DNA of 64,000 bases from a virus. The notes beneath the pieces were generated by a model. The model was not told the origin of the DNA. It ran no database searches and saw only the letters and a list, made by a program, of their open reading frames with translations. Numbering within the stretch: position 1 is the first letter of the stretch; each line of letters opens with the position of its first letter. The translations under genes and the position numbers were made by a program. Below, piece by piece: positions 1 through 11,494 of this stretch. Where the stretch lies: positions 1 through 64,000 of IMG/VR virus record IMGVR_UViG_3300010883_021048; one strand, 5' to 3'.

Positions 1-1
1 C

Positions 2-763
2 GTAAATTAAAACGTAATCATTTGCAGCGTTAAGCGTTGTTGTTGCTGTAGCCGTATTAGGATCAACATATACCGCGCCACCAGATCCGGCGCCGCCGAT
101 TATATTTAAACCACCATTTGTAGCTGTATCAATATCAACGGTAACCCCAGCAGAGTTGTTATAGCTGGTATTTCCGAGACCATCTCTAAGAGCCAGCGGA
201 TTACCGAGTGTGGATAAAGATGAAGCTGCCGCCATGAGATTACCAACAGTTATCTTCTTTGTGAATCTAGCAGTTGGTAGTGATGTATCGTAAATAAACA
301 ACAGATCATCAGCAGCTGGTGTTGTACTGATAGAGTCTGAAACATCGCTTATGTTTAGTGCGAGACCGTTAGACGTCTTCACTATACCAGCGTTATCAAA
401 TAAATCAACCTTCACAGTGGCAGTTGAGGATCCGTTATATGTGAAGTTCTCTATACCATCTGCTTCCGCGCCGCTCAAAGTGGCGCCGGTTCCAAGAGTT
501 GCAGATATTGTCACACCGCCAGAAGAGTCTTCAGTAACAGTTACAGAGCCAGAGCCTTTTATGAATGCAGATCCCGCGGCGTCAAGTAAACGTGTACCAA
601 CCTGCACACTTCCCTTAACAATGAGCCCCTTCTTAAACTCATCGTCATCAAGCCCAATCTGGAAGGTCTGAGGCGTTACTACTTTTGCGATGTTCTGATT
701 TTTAGTTTGCCTAATTACCAGAAAGTCTTTCTTTCGTAACTCTGTTCTATTTTTTTGACTCAT
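2..763 (-). CDS. Putative tail fibre/virion structural protein, N-terminal part (runs off the window edge)
   Basis: Not in the ORF track because no stop lies within the window. ATG at 763 opens MSQKNRTELRKKDFLVIRQTKNQNIAKVVTPQTFQIGLDDDEFKKGLIVKGSVQVG..., a G/S/T/A-rich beta-strand composition directly downstream of the 2082 aa structural gene. Confidence 0.7.
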   Translation of the reverse strand, partial: MSQKNRTELRKKDFLVIRQTKNQNIAKVVTPQTFQIGLDDDEFKKGLIVKGSVQVGTRLLDAAGSAFIKGSGSVTVTEDSSGGVTISATLGTGATLSGAEADGIENFTYNGSSTATVKVDLFDNAGIVKTSNGLALNISDVSDSISTTPAADDLLFIYDTSLPTARFTKKITVGNLMAAASSLSTLGNPLALRDGLGNTSYNNSAGVTVDIDTATNGGLNIIGGAGSGGAVYVDPNTATATTTLNAANDYVLIY

Positions 764-790
764 TTATTGATCCATTATTGAGCCTGGATC

Positions 791-3700
791 TTACTCAACT
801 GTTACAGACTCAGAATTAAATATAATCTCTCGTAACACTTCACCCTCAATAAAGGGTTTTGATGAAGTCATTGCAGTAGAGAGATTTAGACACGTCGTCC
901 TTGTAGCATCTGATACGGGCGCACCAGCGGAATCGACAAAAATGCATGTTACAGCAGAGCTGGTTTGCCCTTCCTTATTATATTCGTCGCCGTAGCTGTA
1001 GGTCTTACTATATAACCTTTGTTCCAGCATGTCTCTAAACTGTCCAAATGTGTCACCTCTATGAACCGTAGAGGGAGACAAATGGTCACAATTCATATAT
1101 CCATACTTAAAGCCAGCCGGATGGAGTCCAATACCGTACGCCAATCCGCTAGCGGTGAAACCTGCGCCGGCGTTTGACCAAGTTGCAATATACCTGTCAG
1201 GGGACATGTCTATTTTCTTCCTATTTTGTCTGCCATAACCAGCAAACACTGCAAAGAATGTTCTAAATGATTTTACCGGTACATCCCGTCTGCTTGTGGA
1301 GGTGAATGCGCCGAGGACACTGCCGGTGCCGGTGTCAGAGGCAAAGTTTAAAACGTTTGCCATATTTTTTATTCCGCCGATTGCGGATGACCATAGCGAT
1401 AGATTAGAGGCGCCAGCAGCGTCTATTTTTGCTTCTATGGCTAATTTTGACAGATGGTTTATTCCATCAGGTGATTGTCCAGGAGCGAAGATATATTGAC
1501 CGGGATCTTCGCCGAACTGGTTGCTCAGCGTAACTGGGGCGCTCCCAGAGAGCTGTGAAGGAGCACCGTTGCCTATAGAGAGCCCACCATTCGCACGAAG
1601 ATTATTTATATTTCGGCCCGTAAGTCTTGAAACATTAGAATATTTGCTTTCAAACGGAAATGAGTCAGCCCACGTGCCGGAAAAAGCGTAGCCTATTCCG
1701 GTGAAGAGGCCGGCTGCTGAGTAGGTGTCATAGACCGCGGCGCTGGAACTAGCGATCTTCGCTGAGGGGAAATGCATATTTACAACCGTACTACTACCCG
1801 GCCCCGAAGGCGTATAGAATTCATCGATTTCAGCTATTTGAAACGGGTCCTGTATTAGCGTATCATAAAATACTTGACTATTCTCTGCAGAGCGTACGAA
1901 TCTTTGAAAGCTTCCGCTAAAAGTTAAGCTACCGTCTTTTACTGAACCAGCTACGCCTCTTGTATATCCTGTGACCGGGCTGCTTTGTATAGTAAGAATG
2001 GATCCCGTAATATGCTCTGACAGATAGCTTGAACCGTACTCTGATTCCGCGTCGACCATAAACTGGTCCAGAACAGGTTCGCCAACCGCTTCATGAACAG
2101 CGGATGATCTTAATTTCTGGGTTGAGCTGTTGGAGTGATGTTTACCGTTTCTTAAAAAAGTACCGTATAGTACTATCTTGCTAGGACCAGCTAGCATCGT
2201 CAAACCATGAGATGGTTCATACGGGTCTTCAAGATTAATTTCAGCGTCAGGTCTTGGAAAACCATTTGCGTCAACATCACCAGCTATAGCGGTACCATCT
2301 CGGCCAGATGCTGTATAATCCCATACACCGTATTTCTTAGAATGTCTGTTGTTAGGTAATCCAGAGCCAGGGTTCCATCCAGGCAGTGATGGTTGTACAC
2401 CTAGTATTAACTTATCACTTGGCTGCAGTATATACAGGGCGTCGTTAGCTTGACTTGTGGGACTACCTTTTGAACCGGAGACTTGTGTTCTATATGATAT
2501 TGTTTGTAAAGTAGGCTTGTCGTTGTAGCCGGGAGGTGCCGGTGTTTTTATTCCGAGTACTGTACCAGCGGTGTCGACATCCGAACTGACGTTGTAGAAA
2601 GGAGACGCACCGAAAGAGAAGGGTCTGGTAGCGACTACCTGCTTTTGATTTACTGCTGAAGCTTGACCTACAAACATTCGGCCTGAATTAATTCCTTTCT
2701 GATCAGGTCCAGGGGTAAAGCCGCCTTCGACAATGGCGGCAGAGAACCTTCGATGGTATCTTTTCGCAGAAAGAGCTGTCTGGTACGCTTGACCGTTAGT
2801 CCGGTTTGATTGATTATTCGTCACGATACCAGCTGTACCATCAGTACCCGCGTAGTTGTTGGCGTAATAACAACGATCTTGTGGCTCGTGGTATGATCTA
2901 TTCGGTCCGGTGTTGGTTGTCTCCTTGCTATAAAACATGACATATGGATCTGGAGCTGTGAATAACCAAAAACCGCCAGGTTCTACGTCACTAGGAGGAA
3001 TAGACCTTACAGGAACGTCTATCTTAAAATCTTTACGGTAATTTAAATATTGACGCTTATAAACGTTTGCCTGTAAGGGTAAAGAAGCGGACTCTCTGCC
3101 AGGGGACTCCAGAGGCCTCCAACATGTTGATGCGGTCATCAGCGTAAAGCCACACCAGTTATCTGGAATGTCTGGGTTTACACCTTGATGCTTATCACCA
3201 GTTGTCAACCGTATGTTTAGATCACGACTGAGGCCACTATCTAGCCAGCTAGCAGGAGAAGATTTATCAACTCTAAATGAACCATATTTTACTAAATCTG
3301 GAACTCTATTGATTACCGGTGTTCCACTTGCAAGATATGCGGGGGTTGATATAACTGAGAACCCTGAGCCTGCTGGTACTTTTGATGGAATAGCGTTATC
3401 AGCGAACTTCCACCCTTCTACTTCATCGTAGTCGACAACAGTAGGGTTGCCAGTGTACGTATCTAATGAGTATGCTGTACCTGGATGAACTGGGGCGTTG
3501 GCTCCATCCGGCGACGTGGTGTCGGAATCTTGTGAACCAGATAATGCGTAACGGGCAGCAAAGAGAGGTCCTGTTCGGTTTCTAGTAGCAGAATCGTTTT
3601 CTATCTCTAAGTCCCACTGACGCCCCTGTTTGGCGGTAGGAAGATAAGCAAACTGCCCCTGGTAGGAGTCAGGCAAGTCCGAAAACATTGATATATTATT

Positions 3701-6700
3701 GGCGTTGCCTTTGGGGATGACACGCTTAATATTTTCAATATTCGCGGGGATAATTGACCAACCAATATCTGGATACACAGCATATTTCATGGCTTGACCA
3801 AATAAAACCGCTCTTCGAGGGGCGCCGGTACCGCCAGAGCCTTTGAAAAGCTGTTTTTGAAACACTAAGTTGTGAGCTGATCCTGATGCGTACGTCATGG
3901 CGCTCGGGTCTGTCCATAAGGTATCGACGTATGAATCAGCTGCGTTTACGTAGCCGTAATGTGTCATTTGACCAAACGTTATTATCTCTCTAGATGTTGA
4001 TCCAGAAATTGGGATCGTAGAGTTAACAGTCATGACACCGTCAGTGATCTTGCCGTTTGAGTAGTACTCGTCAAACCTCGCGTCCATTGCCGTCTTGCCG
4101 TAATCTATACGGTTATCAGCTAAGTCCTGGAGTTGCGGCGTAAATGGTGCGCCACTGTTCACGATGTTCTTCTTAAGGGTGTTAGAGTTTGTTCTTATGT
4201 ACGGCTGCATTGCTCCTTGATAGGGAGCTATGGGAAACATTACTAGATCAGAGCCTACGCTAAGTTTATATTGTTGAACTATTGGAGGACGAGAAGCTAT
4301 CGACTGTCTTAATAAGAAGAATGAATCAGCTCTCCAAAATGGCGTACCTCCCGTTGGATCCTGCTCGTCGGCGGCAGTCTCGGGATTCAGCCATGTGTTC
4401 ATACCAGGATGCTCTTTATTAGGTTGTAGTACTAGATGAGGACCACCCTTGGTGGCACTAGTGGCCAAAGATGCATCAGGATAAGAACCTAACGCGGTGA
4501 GTGCCGGTAAGCTGCCTGTCACTACGCCGTTAACGCCTCCGGCCAAGACGGGCATATATGAAACAGGTCCTTTCACGCTGCTATCACCAACTAATAGACG
4601 AGAGGTATTTGTCTGGGGTCGTGCTGGTTCGACATAACTCGAGCCGCGAGGTCCAATAGAAGTTTTCAGAAAGATAGTTCCGGAGTACGTTCCTCGGGCG
4701 CTGTTGTGCTCGACTTTAATGGTACCAGGACGAGACCGAAGTCCGTACTGACCTGTAGCGCTAACCCCAAGGCGGTTCTGTGTTATAATAGAATTTAAAT
4801 TGTCTGCAGAGCTCGACATATACATATCGGTCGGCGCCATCGTTCTATCATACGTTTCGATATCTCTAACGTTTGAGCCGTTAATAAACGAAGCTCTAGT
4901 TGATGAAACGTAGTTAGGGTATAAAACCTGTTGACTTGTAAGGAGGCCCGTCGGTTGACCGGAGACCTTAACTTGTTGGTCGATATACTGCGTGGAACCG
5001 GGAACTGAGGAGTTATCTAGGTCTGGTATTTTGTACCCAAGAGAGTGAGGTCCAGAATCTTCAATCGCGGCGCCAAACTCGAACGAAACACGCTCAAGTA
5101 AAAACGGGGCGTTGATGTATTTACTCATATCGATGAGTTGTCCGGCTTTTGCCTCGTATTTTTGGTGTATAGGAAAGCCGTAGTTCGACGTTGGAGATGC
5201 TCTTTGACTTAAAGGTGCAAGCACTTTATCTGGCTCGTCTAGTGGCTGATCTGTAAGAATAGAAAAACCAGAAGTTCCTGCAAAAGCAACAGATGAATCA
5301 TCAAGTACCCTGAACGACTGTATTTCTGCGCTTCTCTGAATCTGGCCGGGGCGGAGGGTACCGTTCCATGAGCCAGTTGCAACTGCCAAAGGTGTCTGGA
5401 CTATGAACTCGTTATTCTTGCCTTCAGTCTCCCACTGCTTTGTATCGAAATTAAAGTATGCTATAGATGTTATTTTACCAGTTGCTACTCCATCTACATT
5501 TCTGTCGACACCTATTGTAGAATCAGATGTTGGACTTAAGTCTATAGTGATGGCAATATGGTCAGACATTTTTTGCTGAAGGTCTGGATACACTGAGGCA
5601 TCGACGGCAGGAGTTATTTTATCAACCAAAGAATTTGAATCGTCAAACGGAGCGACGGTGCCGCCAAGAAAATCTTTGTCTTTAGACGTCGTTATAGGAG
5701 AATTTCTAGATGAAAGATTTAGCAATCTAGTTTCTTTATGTGATAAACCACGCTTCGGCTGCCCAGGAGCAACTAGTCTTTTATCCCATGGCGTATTGTG
5801 GACGTCCCTAAAGAACTTTCTTGGATTTCTTACATCACCACGGAGAGGACCTTGTGGATCTTGAGCCAAGACGTTGGAACCTGAAAACAGTTTAGCTGGT
5901 ATCATTTCAGGAAACATCATCATTTCGTTAGATGTGCTTAAAGAACCAGACATATAGCTGTATGCCTCTTGATCGTTAAACGCAGTAGCGAGTATCTTGG
6001 GTTGCGCGGGATTAGAGGATATAGGATATGTACTTTTTGTATCGAATATCTGCTGAACGATACTAGGGGGCCTGTTGTTGAGCCCAGACTTGAAGTGATT
6101 TTTCCCTAAATGAGATTTAGCTATTAGATCTATTTCACTACCTGTCAGGTTCCCACTAAATACTACTAGCTCCGCAACTTCTACATCTCGTAAAAAGTCG
6201 GTTAAAGCAAAATTGTTGTTTACGCCGCCGTTTGGTTCTCCGTACCCTACATACACGTTGGGTGATGTAACATCTACTACTGGATCTGTCGAGTTGACTA
6301 TGGACAAGTCTAATAACTTGTTACCTAAGGCGGTAGAATATATAGCTCCGGCTCCAAGGGTTGGTCTTATAGTTGAGCCGCTCTTTGTAGTACTGGTATT
6401 AATAAATAACGTTATCCACTCATTAAGCGGAGTTGTTCCAGCTGCGACTGTCTGGACTGCTGCTGTACCGGATGCTGTCCTGTGCTTAAACTCTAACACG
6501 TTTGTACTAGTTAGCCCAACGCTGAATGTTGTTTTAGCTGTACCTGGTTCACCCACCATTAAAATTGACTGATTATTGTGGTTGCTTCCAACCTTTACCT
6601 TTAACATAAAGCAAAGTTTTCTACCGTCAATAGATGGGTTAAGGTTTGGACAGTTGGAATTTACAAGAAACTTACGAGTGACTGTAGAAGAAGAGTTACC

Positions 6701-7039
6701 ATCTAAAGGAAAACTAATTCCTCTTTGCATCATTGGAACTGTTAACCCAACATTACCGTATAGCTTCATGTCTGTGTATACAGTCTCGCCGTATATCTTA
6801 AAGTCTGTCAACTTTGCATCAGTGGTGTTAAATTTACCGTTTGATGAAGGGATACCAATCGCTATGTTATAGGGCTTATTAGAAGAAAAGTCACTTATAA
6901 AAGATCCGGATACAGCATTATCACCCGTAAATTTATTGAATCTTGTATACGAAAGAGTGGTAAACTTTTTGATACCTTGAGATGTTTGTACAGACGTTGA
7001 CAGGTCTGAAATAAACGGAGATTTTCTGTTATCTTTCAT
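791..7039 (-). CDS. Very large virion structural protein (2082 aa), LamG/concanavalin-like region near the N-terminus
   Basis: Long ORF in the baseplate/tail operon; LamG-like pattern (FMLKVK...SILMVG...FSVGL...PLNEWITL...VAELVVFSGNLTGSEI); at least 15 [S/T]GS motifs. Confidence 0.65.
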   Translation of the reverse strand: MKDNRKSPFISDLSTSVQTSQGIKKFTTLSYTRFNKFTGDNAVSGSFISDFSSNKPYNIAIGIPSSNGKFNTTDAKLTDFKIYGETVYTDMKLYGNVGLTVPMMQRGISFPLDGNSSSTVTRKFLVNSNCPNLNPSIDGRKLCFMLKVKVGSNHNNQSILMVGEPGTAKTTFSVGLTSTNVLEFKHRTASGTAAVQTVAAGTTPLNEWITLFINTSTTKSGSTIRPTLGAGAIYSTALGNKLLDLSIVNSTDPVVDVTSPNVYVGYGEPNGGVNNNFALTDFLRDVEVAELVVFSGNLTGSEIDLIAKSHLGKNHFKSGLNNRPPSIVQQIFDTKSTYPISSNPAQPKILATAFNDQEAYSYMSGSLSTSNEMMMFPEMIPAKLFSGSNVLAQDPQGPLRGDVRNPRKFFRDVHNTPWDKRLVAPGQPKRGLSHKETRLLNLSSRNSPITTSKDKDFLGGTVAPFDDSNSLVDKITPAVDASVYPDLQQKMSDHIAITIDLSPTSDSTIGVDRNVDGVATGKITSIAYFNFDTKQWETEGKNNEFIVQTPLAVATGSWNGTLRPGQIQRSAEIQSFRVLDDSSVAFAGTSGFSILTDQPLDEPDKVLAPLSQRASPTSNYGFPIHQKYEAKAGQLIDMSKYINAPFLLERVSFEFGAAIEDSGPHSLGYKIPDLDNSSVPGSTQYIDQQVKVSGQPTGLLTSQQVLYPNYVSSTRASFINGSNVRDIETYDRTMAPTDMYMSSSADNLNSIITQNRLGVSATGQYGLRSRPGTIKVEHNSARGTYSGTIFLKTSIGPRGSSYVEPARPQTNTSRLLVGDSSVKGPVSYMPVLAGGVNGVVTGSLPALTALGSYPDASLATSATKGGPHLVLQPNKEHPGMNTWLNPETAADEQDPTGGTPFWRADSFFLLRQSIASRPPIVQQYKLSVGSDLVMFPIAPYQGAMQPYIRTNSNTLKKNIVNSGAPFTPQLQDLADNRIDYGKTAMDARFDEYYSNGKITDGVMTVNSTIPISGSTSREIITFGQMTHYGYVNAADSYVDTLWTDPSAMTYASGSAHNLVFQKQLFKGSGGTGAPRRAVLFGQAMKYAVYPDIGWSIIPANIENIKRVIPKGNANNISMFSDLPDSYQGQFAYLPTAKQGRQWDLEIENDSATRNRTGPLFAARYALSGSQDSDTTSPDGANAPVHPGTAYSLDTYTGNPTVVDYDEVEGWKFADNAIPSKVPAGSGFSVISTPAYLASGTPVINRVPDLVKYGSFRVDKSSPASWLDSGLSRDLNIRLTTGDKHQGVNPDIPDNWCGFTLMTASTCWRPLESPGRESASLPLQANVYKRQYLNYRKDFKIDVPVRSIPPSDVEPGGFWLFTAPDPYVMFYSKETTNTGPNRSYHEPQDRCYYANNYAGTDGTAGIVTNNQSNRTNGQAYQTALSAKRYHRRFSAAIVEGGFTPGPDQKGINSGRMFVGQASAVNQKQVVATRPFSFGASPFYNVSSDVDTAGTVLGIKTPAPPGYNDKPTLQTISYRTQVSGSKGSPTSQANDALYILQPSDKLILGVQPSLPGWNPGSGLPNNRHSKKYGVWDYTASGRDGTAIAGDVDANGFPRPDAEINLEDPYEPSHGLTMLAGPSKIVLYGTFLRNGKHHSNSSTQKLRSSAVHEAVGEPVLDQFMVDAESEYGSSYLSEHITGSILTIQSSPVTGYTRGVAGSVKDGSLTFSGSFQRFVRSAENSQVFYDTLIQDPFQIAEIDEFYTPSGPGSSTVVNMHFPSAKIASSSAAVYDTYSAAGLFTGIGYAFSGTWADSFPFESKYSNVSRLTGRNINNLRANGGLSIGNGAPSQLSGSAPVTLSNQFGEDPGQYIFAPGQSPDGINHLSKLAIEAKIDAAGASNLSLWSSAIGGIKNMANVLNFASDTGTGSVLGAFTSTSRRDVPVKSFRTFFAVFAGYGRQNRKKIDMSPDRYIATWSNAGAGFTASGLAYGIGLHPAGFKYGYMNCDHLSPSTVHRGDTFGQFRDMLEQRLYSKTYSYGDEYNKEGQTSSAVTCIFVDSAGAPVSDATRTTCLNLSTAMTSSKPFIEGEVLREIIFNSESVTVE

Positions 7040-7965
7040 TAGTATTCACCAACCACCAGATTGTTGTTAAAGGCAATAGACCCGACGTCACTATTAAGTG
7101 ACACTCCTCTTGTGGCAGTCTTCAAAAAAGGATCAGAAATACTATCACATGATGAGCTGTTTAATAATCTTAACGCTAACATCATATCCTCGCTATTATG
7201 TGCCATTATAGAAGAATATACCTTACTATGATAATCGGTCTCTATATGAGGCAGTTCAGGAGGTGTGGATATATCTTGATATGCCTGTAGCGCTATAATC
7301 GTCGATGATTCTTCAACTGTTGGAAGTGTTAAAGGAGAATCTAAAAACGATGGTAAGGTTGACTGATTTATAAACCACGAGTCAGTTATCTCTACACTAC
7401 CCCAAGGTCTTTCAGACGAAGAACCAACGACGGAACCTTTTATTGCGTGACCTTCGTACTTCGAGTCGACATCACCAAGAATTTGCCTTCTAATATCTAG
7501 TGGCTCGATGACTCCATCATATTCATGATCTGGCAGTGATCCTATATTCCATAGATTAACAGGCCACATAAATTCATTTTGATCTTGCAAATAAGCTACG
7601 GGATCAAACGAAGTCATGTCAGCATATGGTTCACCTTGCGGGGTCTCAGGTGGTTGTCCGAAAGCTAGCCTCTCTAGTGAAAAGGATATGACTTCTTTCA
7701 CAGGAGGTTCAGCGGCTGAGCCACCCATATCACTAAGCGTATTGTTTATTGTAATGGAGTCGTCAAACGTCTCTCTAGACAATAACTTGCCATTTCTATG
7801 TAGCTCGAGTCTATCAGCAGATCCCATTCGTGGAAGAAGGCTGGTTGCATATGACGTAAAGCTGTCTGAATTGACTCCTTGATAGAAGTATTCTGCAGAT
7901 CCAGATAGTGTGGCTGTTGAGCCCTTTGTTACACTTCCGCTTTTTACTCTTTGACTTTCCGGCAT
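7039..7965 (-). CDS. Hypothetical virion protein (308 aa)
   Basis: Tightly coupled between two structural genes (1-bp overlap and 2-bp gap); no recognisable enzyme motif. Confidence 0.6.
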   Translation of the reverse strand: MPESQRVKSGSVTKGSTATLSGSAEYFYQGVNSDSFTSYATSLLPRMGSADRLELHRNGKLLSRETFDDSITINNTLSDMGGSAAEPPVKEVISFSLERLAFGQPPETPQGEPYADMTSFDPVAYLQDQNEFMWPVNLWNIGSLPDHEYDGVIEPLDIRRQILGDVDSKYEGHAIKGSVVGSSSERPWGSVEITDSWFINQSTLPSFLDSPLTLPTVEESSTIIALQAYQDISTPPELPHIETDYHSKVYSSIMAHNSEDMMLALRLLNSSSCDSISDPFLKTATRGVSLNSDVGSIAFNNNLVVGEY

Positions 7966-7967
7966 GG

Positions 7968-10900
7968 CTAAAACTTCCTTATGTTAGCTAGAAGTTGTCT
8001 TAAAAATATTGATCCCTTTAAGTTTCTTCTATCATTTTCGCCAAGGTATATGTCTCCGCTTCCGTATGGGACCCTGCTTCTCTCTAGTACATGACCTTCA
8101 ACTATCATATTAAACCCCAGATAATTAGTTTTCTTAGGTATGAGTTTTTCTATAATGGTGTCAAAAGATTCATCTAACCATCTAAAGAATTCGAAGAAGC
8201 TAGTATAATTTACATCACCAACTAGACGATTGAAATATATCTCTCTTAGCTGTCTTAACTCATAATATTCTTCGGAAAACATTGCGTTTGGAGATCCTAA
8301 GGCAGTATCCAACGTTTCTAGTGTTGCAAAGATCTTCATTATATCTTCATTCAAGGCCTGAGCTGATGAAAACTCTATCGCAAACCTAACATCGTCTTTA
8401 GGTTCTGACGCCGCTGGAATCTCGTATATAGGCGCAGGTAAAGTATCAAAGTTGTGTATATTTTCACCTTGAGTCATTCCGGCTATGCGTACTTTATTCT
8501 CAGACGATGGCTCATCAAAGAGGTATGATATAGCGCTATAATCGAATCTTTCTGGCTTTATTATCTTTTTGTTAGGCTCAAATCCTCTAGCTATCGATAA
8601 GCCACCTAGAGATGAAACAGTCTTGAACTGTTGTGAAAAGTCAGTTAGCGTAACAGCACCTCCGGGGGAAGCGTCTATACTGGGTTGATCTGTTGATATA
8701 TCTAGTCTTAGCTTCTCGAATGATCCTGTTACCTCATGTGAAAAACCAAAGTTCTTTAATGGGTTAACAACACCTAGCGAAGAAAAATTCCTAACGTGCT
8801 CTCTAGTCTCACTCTCAGTAAGAGCCTTAGACCAAAACCTTATATGGCCTGCTAAGCCAGAAAACATCGTAGTCCTGGCAACAAGAGGTACTGATGAGGC
8901 ATTTAGATGCGAAGAGGCAGAGGTATCGATAGATTGATTACCGACCACTATAAACGATCCAGATGAATTTTTTTCCGTACCGAGATACTTTCTTTTCTGA
9001 AATGCATTTTCTCCTCGAGACAAAGAGTCAAGAAACATAGACGACGTTGTATAGAATTCTACAATTTCACCATTTTCTTGCCTAGACAAGTTTAAGAAGT
9101 AACTCGATGATACAAAACTATTGACTTCATCGTTCCTGCTACGCCCTGCGGATACATGCCACTTATCACCGTTGAATATATTTCCACTGTTAATTTGTAG
9201 TTTTAGTAGAGGTGCTGATGCAGAAAATCCTGGTCGACACCATAACGTCATTGAAGGGTCGTCTTTAACACCATCTATATTTGGATCTGCCACTACGTTT
9301 AAGACAACAGACTGATGCGCTGATGACCCAGTTGTATGTAATCTAAAAAGACTTTGAGGAGAAAAGTTTTTAGTCTTGTTCGGAAATTTAAATATTCCTT
9401 CCACTGTCCAACTACCTGATGTTAGCAGACCATCATTCCGTGAATTAGATATTCCATGAGGCGGGTAGGTAGCCTTATCAACAAACGTACCGGATATAAT
9501 AGGGTAACCTGTTTCTATTCTTGATCCTGTTAAGTACGAACTTATGATATTAGGAGAATGTGAGCTAAAGCCTTGAGCATCTATTGTTGCGGAAGGATTA
9601 TAAGTTATACTACCAGAAAAATCTAACATTGTAGATATTTCAGTTATTTTTTTCCTAGACTTCCCAAGCCTAAAGTCGGTACCGCCGCCGTATTCTACAA
9701 ACCTAAACATTCTATTCGGATCGATTCCGGAAGACCGAAATAAAGATTTTATAGAATGTACTGTCCCTTTAGAGGTTATAATCTCTGGCAAGTTCGTTAA
9801 AATTCTTCTCCATATCTGGTTCTGCAGCTGACTCAAATTGTTTGTACCTACCGACGTCACATTTTCGCCGCTAAAGAATTGGTCATAATCAGCGTTACGG
9901 AATAAGTTGGGAAGGTCGAACCCGTAATATTGGGCAAGAAAAGGTAGAAATTGATCGGCTACGCTAGTGTTTGAGTCATAATCAATGTGAACCAACTCAG
10001 AAACATGGTCAATCATCATTTTTAATTCGTCGAATGTTCTAGCCCACATAAACAATAGGGCAGAAATTATCTGTGGCTGACTTATGTTTGCAGCTCCAGG
10101 AACAGCGTACTTATCACTAGTCGAATTAAGACCGGTAACACTGTCAGGTAGTGACGTTTCATAAGAATTATATCCCGTGGCTTTCGCCAACTCTAGATAA
10201 TGCGCTGGTATAAGCTTCGTTATTAAGTTAGGATTATTCTCGTCATATACCGATCCAGTTGAAAGTAGGGTGTTGTTTAACGAGATCACATCAGGATGTC
10301 CTGGAAATAACGTAGGATGGTATACGGACGCCTCGAACTCGCATAAAGTGCTGTATGGCCGGGCGGACCTCATTTCATTTCTATAATTTGATATTTTAGA
10401 GTGTAAGCTCTGTCCAGAGTGGTCAAGCGTTATATCAGAATTTTGATAAGATCCTGTTGCTTCGTTAAACCTAAAATTTAACTTCAAATTTGATTCATCG
10501 TCTGTAAACAAGCTTCTCTTCGTATATCTCTGTATTTCAGGTGCAGTTCTAAGACTGTGGAACATACGAAAATTATTTATCGAACCTGATAGAGTTTTAG
10601 TAGGTGTGAATGTACTACCAGCCATGCTAAAAGCTGACCCTGTACCGATCAATAAAGCGCTTCCAGCAGTGTCGATAGAATCGAAATTAAATCTATTAGA
10701 TGTCCCTATTACTTTAGACCCGCTTAAGATCTTTGCAATCTTTCCAGAGGGGCTAGCGTCATATTGCATACAAAGGTGAGAAAAACGACCTTTGTTTATT
10801 ACAGCATTTGCAGTTGTGTAGTTAGATCCACTTATTATAGAAAAATTAACTTCAGCGGTAGAAGTAGAGGGGCTACTTTTCAAGTAAGCGGCGTATCCAA

Positions 10901-11489
10901 CACCTGCTGTAGATATGTGGTGAAATAAGAACTGGTCAGGCGAAGAGGTATTCGGTATGGCTATGTCTAACTCTACGAAAAAAGAGTTCTTCTTAGGATT
11001 CATAACTGTGGTTGCATTATTCTTTTTTGATATAGATGGAAAAACAACGCCCGATTTATCTACTACTTTTATGCTCTCATTGTTACCGTGAAGAGTTAAA
11101 TACCCAGTATAAGACGGGTACCGATCTAAGATATGTTTTTCAAAACCTGTTAAGCCATCTATCCATGTATCATAATCGCTTTTTGTTCCCTCAAATGGAA
11201 ACTCATTAATTATTTTTTCATATGTGATGTTTATATTAGACACAGCCGAGCTAAAGAATGTATGGTTCTCGAACCTAGAAAAGTCAACAGGCAACTGCTG
11301 CGAAGATTTTATAGGAGAACCGGGGGCATCGAACCTAAAAGAACCTGTGACAGATGTGTCTACGACAGTAGATCCAGACATGCTAGTTAGGGTTTGATTT
11401 CTCAGTATACCTGATGAGTTCGTAAATCTTCTGACCACGCTAGGGCCAAAAAGCTTCTGGTTTTCAAATACTCTTTTTTTTCTTGACAT
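7968..11489 (-). CDS. Baseplate wedge/tail protein (T4 gp7- or P2 gpI-like core) with two LamG-like domains
   Basis: LPFLAQYYGFDL...QIWRRILTNLPEIITSKGTVHSIKSLF resembles the gpI/gp7 KGT signature; LamG-like segments (SGSINNFRMFHSLRTAPEI; WHVSAGR...GLAGHIRFWSKALTESE); lies downstream of the gp25- and gp6-like genes. Confidence 0.65.
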   Translation of the reverse strand: MSRKKRVFENQKLFGPSVVRRFTNSSGILRNQTLTSMSGSTVVDTSVTGSFRFDAPGSPIKSSQQLPVDFSRFENHTFFSSAVSNINITYEKIINEFPFEGTKSDYDTWIDGLTGFEKHILDRYPSYTGYLTLHGNNESIKVVDKSGVVFPSISKKNNATTVMNPKKNSFFVELDIAIPNTSSPDQFLFHHISTAGVGYAAYLKSSPSTSTAEVNFSIISGSNYTTANAVINKGRFSHLCMQYDASPSGKIAKILSGSKVIGTSNRFNFDSIDTAGSALLIGTGSAFSMAGSTFTPTKTLSGSINNFRMFHSLRTAPEIQRYTKRSLFTDDESNLKLNFRFNEATGSYQNSDITLDHSGQSLHSKISNYRNEMRSARPYSTLCEFEASVYHPTLFPGHPDVISLNNTLLSTGSVYDENNPNLITKLIPAHYLELAKATGYNSYETSLPDSVTGLNSTSDKYAVPGAANISQPQIISALLFMWARTFDELKMMIDHVSELVHIDYDSNTSVADQFLPFLAQYYGFDLPNLFRNADYDQFFSGENVTSVGTNNLSQLQNQIWRRILTNLPEIITSKGTVHSIKSLFRSSGIDPNRMFRFVEYGGGTDFRLGKSRKKITEISTMLDFSGSITYNPSATIDAQGFSSHSPNIISSYLTGSRIETGYPIISGTFVDKATYPPHGISNSRNDGLLTSGSWTVEGIFKFPNKTKNFSPQSLFRLHTTGSSAHQSVVLNVVADPNIDGVKDDPSMTLWCRPGFSASAPLLKLQINSGNIFNGDKWHVSAGRSRNDEVNSFVSSSYFLNLSRQENGEIVEFYTTSSMFLDSLSRGENAFQKRKYLGTEKNSSGSFIVVGNQSIDTSASSHLNASSVPLVARTTMFSGLAGHIRFWSKALTESETREHVRNFSSLGVVNPLKNFGFSHEVTGSFEKLRLDISTDQPSIDASPGGAVTLTDFSQQFKTVSSLGGLSIARGFEPNKKIIKPERFDYSAISYLFDEPSSENKVRIAGMTQGENIHNFDTLPAPIYEIPAASEPKDDVRFAIEFSSAQALNEDIMKIFATLETLDTALGSPNAMFSEEYYELRQLREIYFNRLVGDVNYTSFFEFFRWLDESFDTIIEKLIPKKTNYLGFNMIVEGHVLERSRVPYGSGDIYLGENDRRNLKGSIFLRQLLANIRKF

Positions 11490-11494
11490 TTATG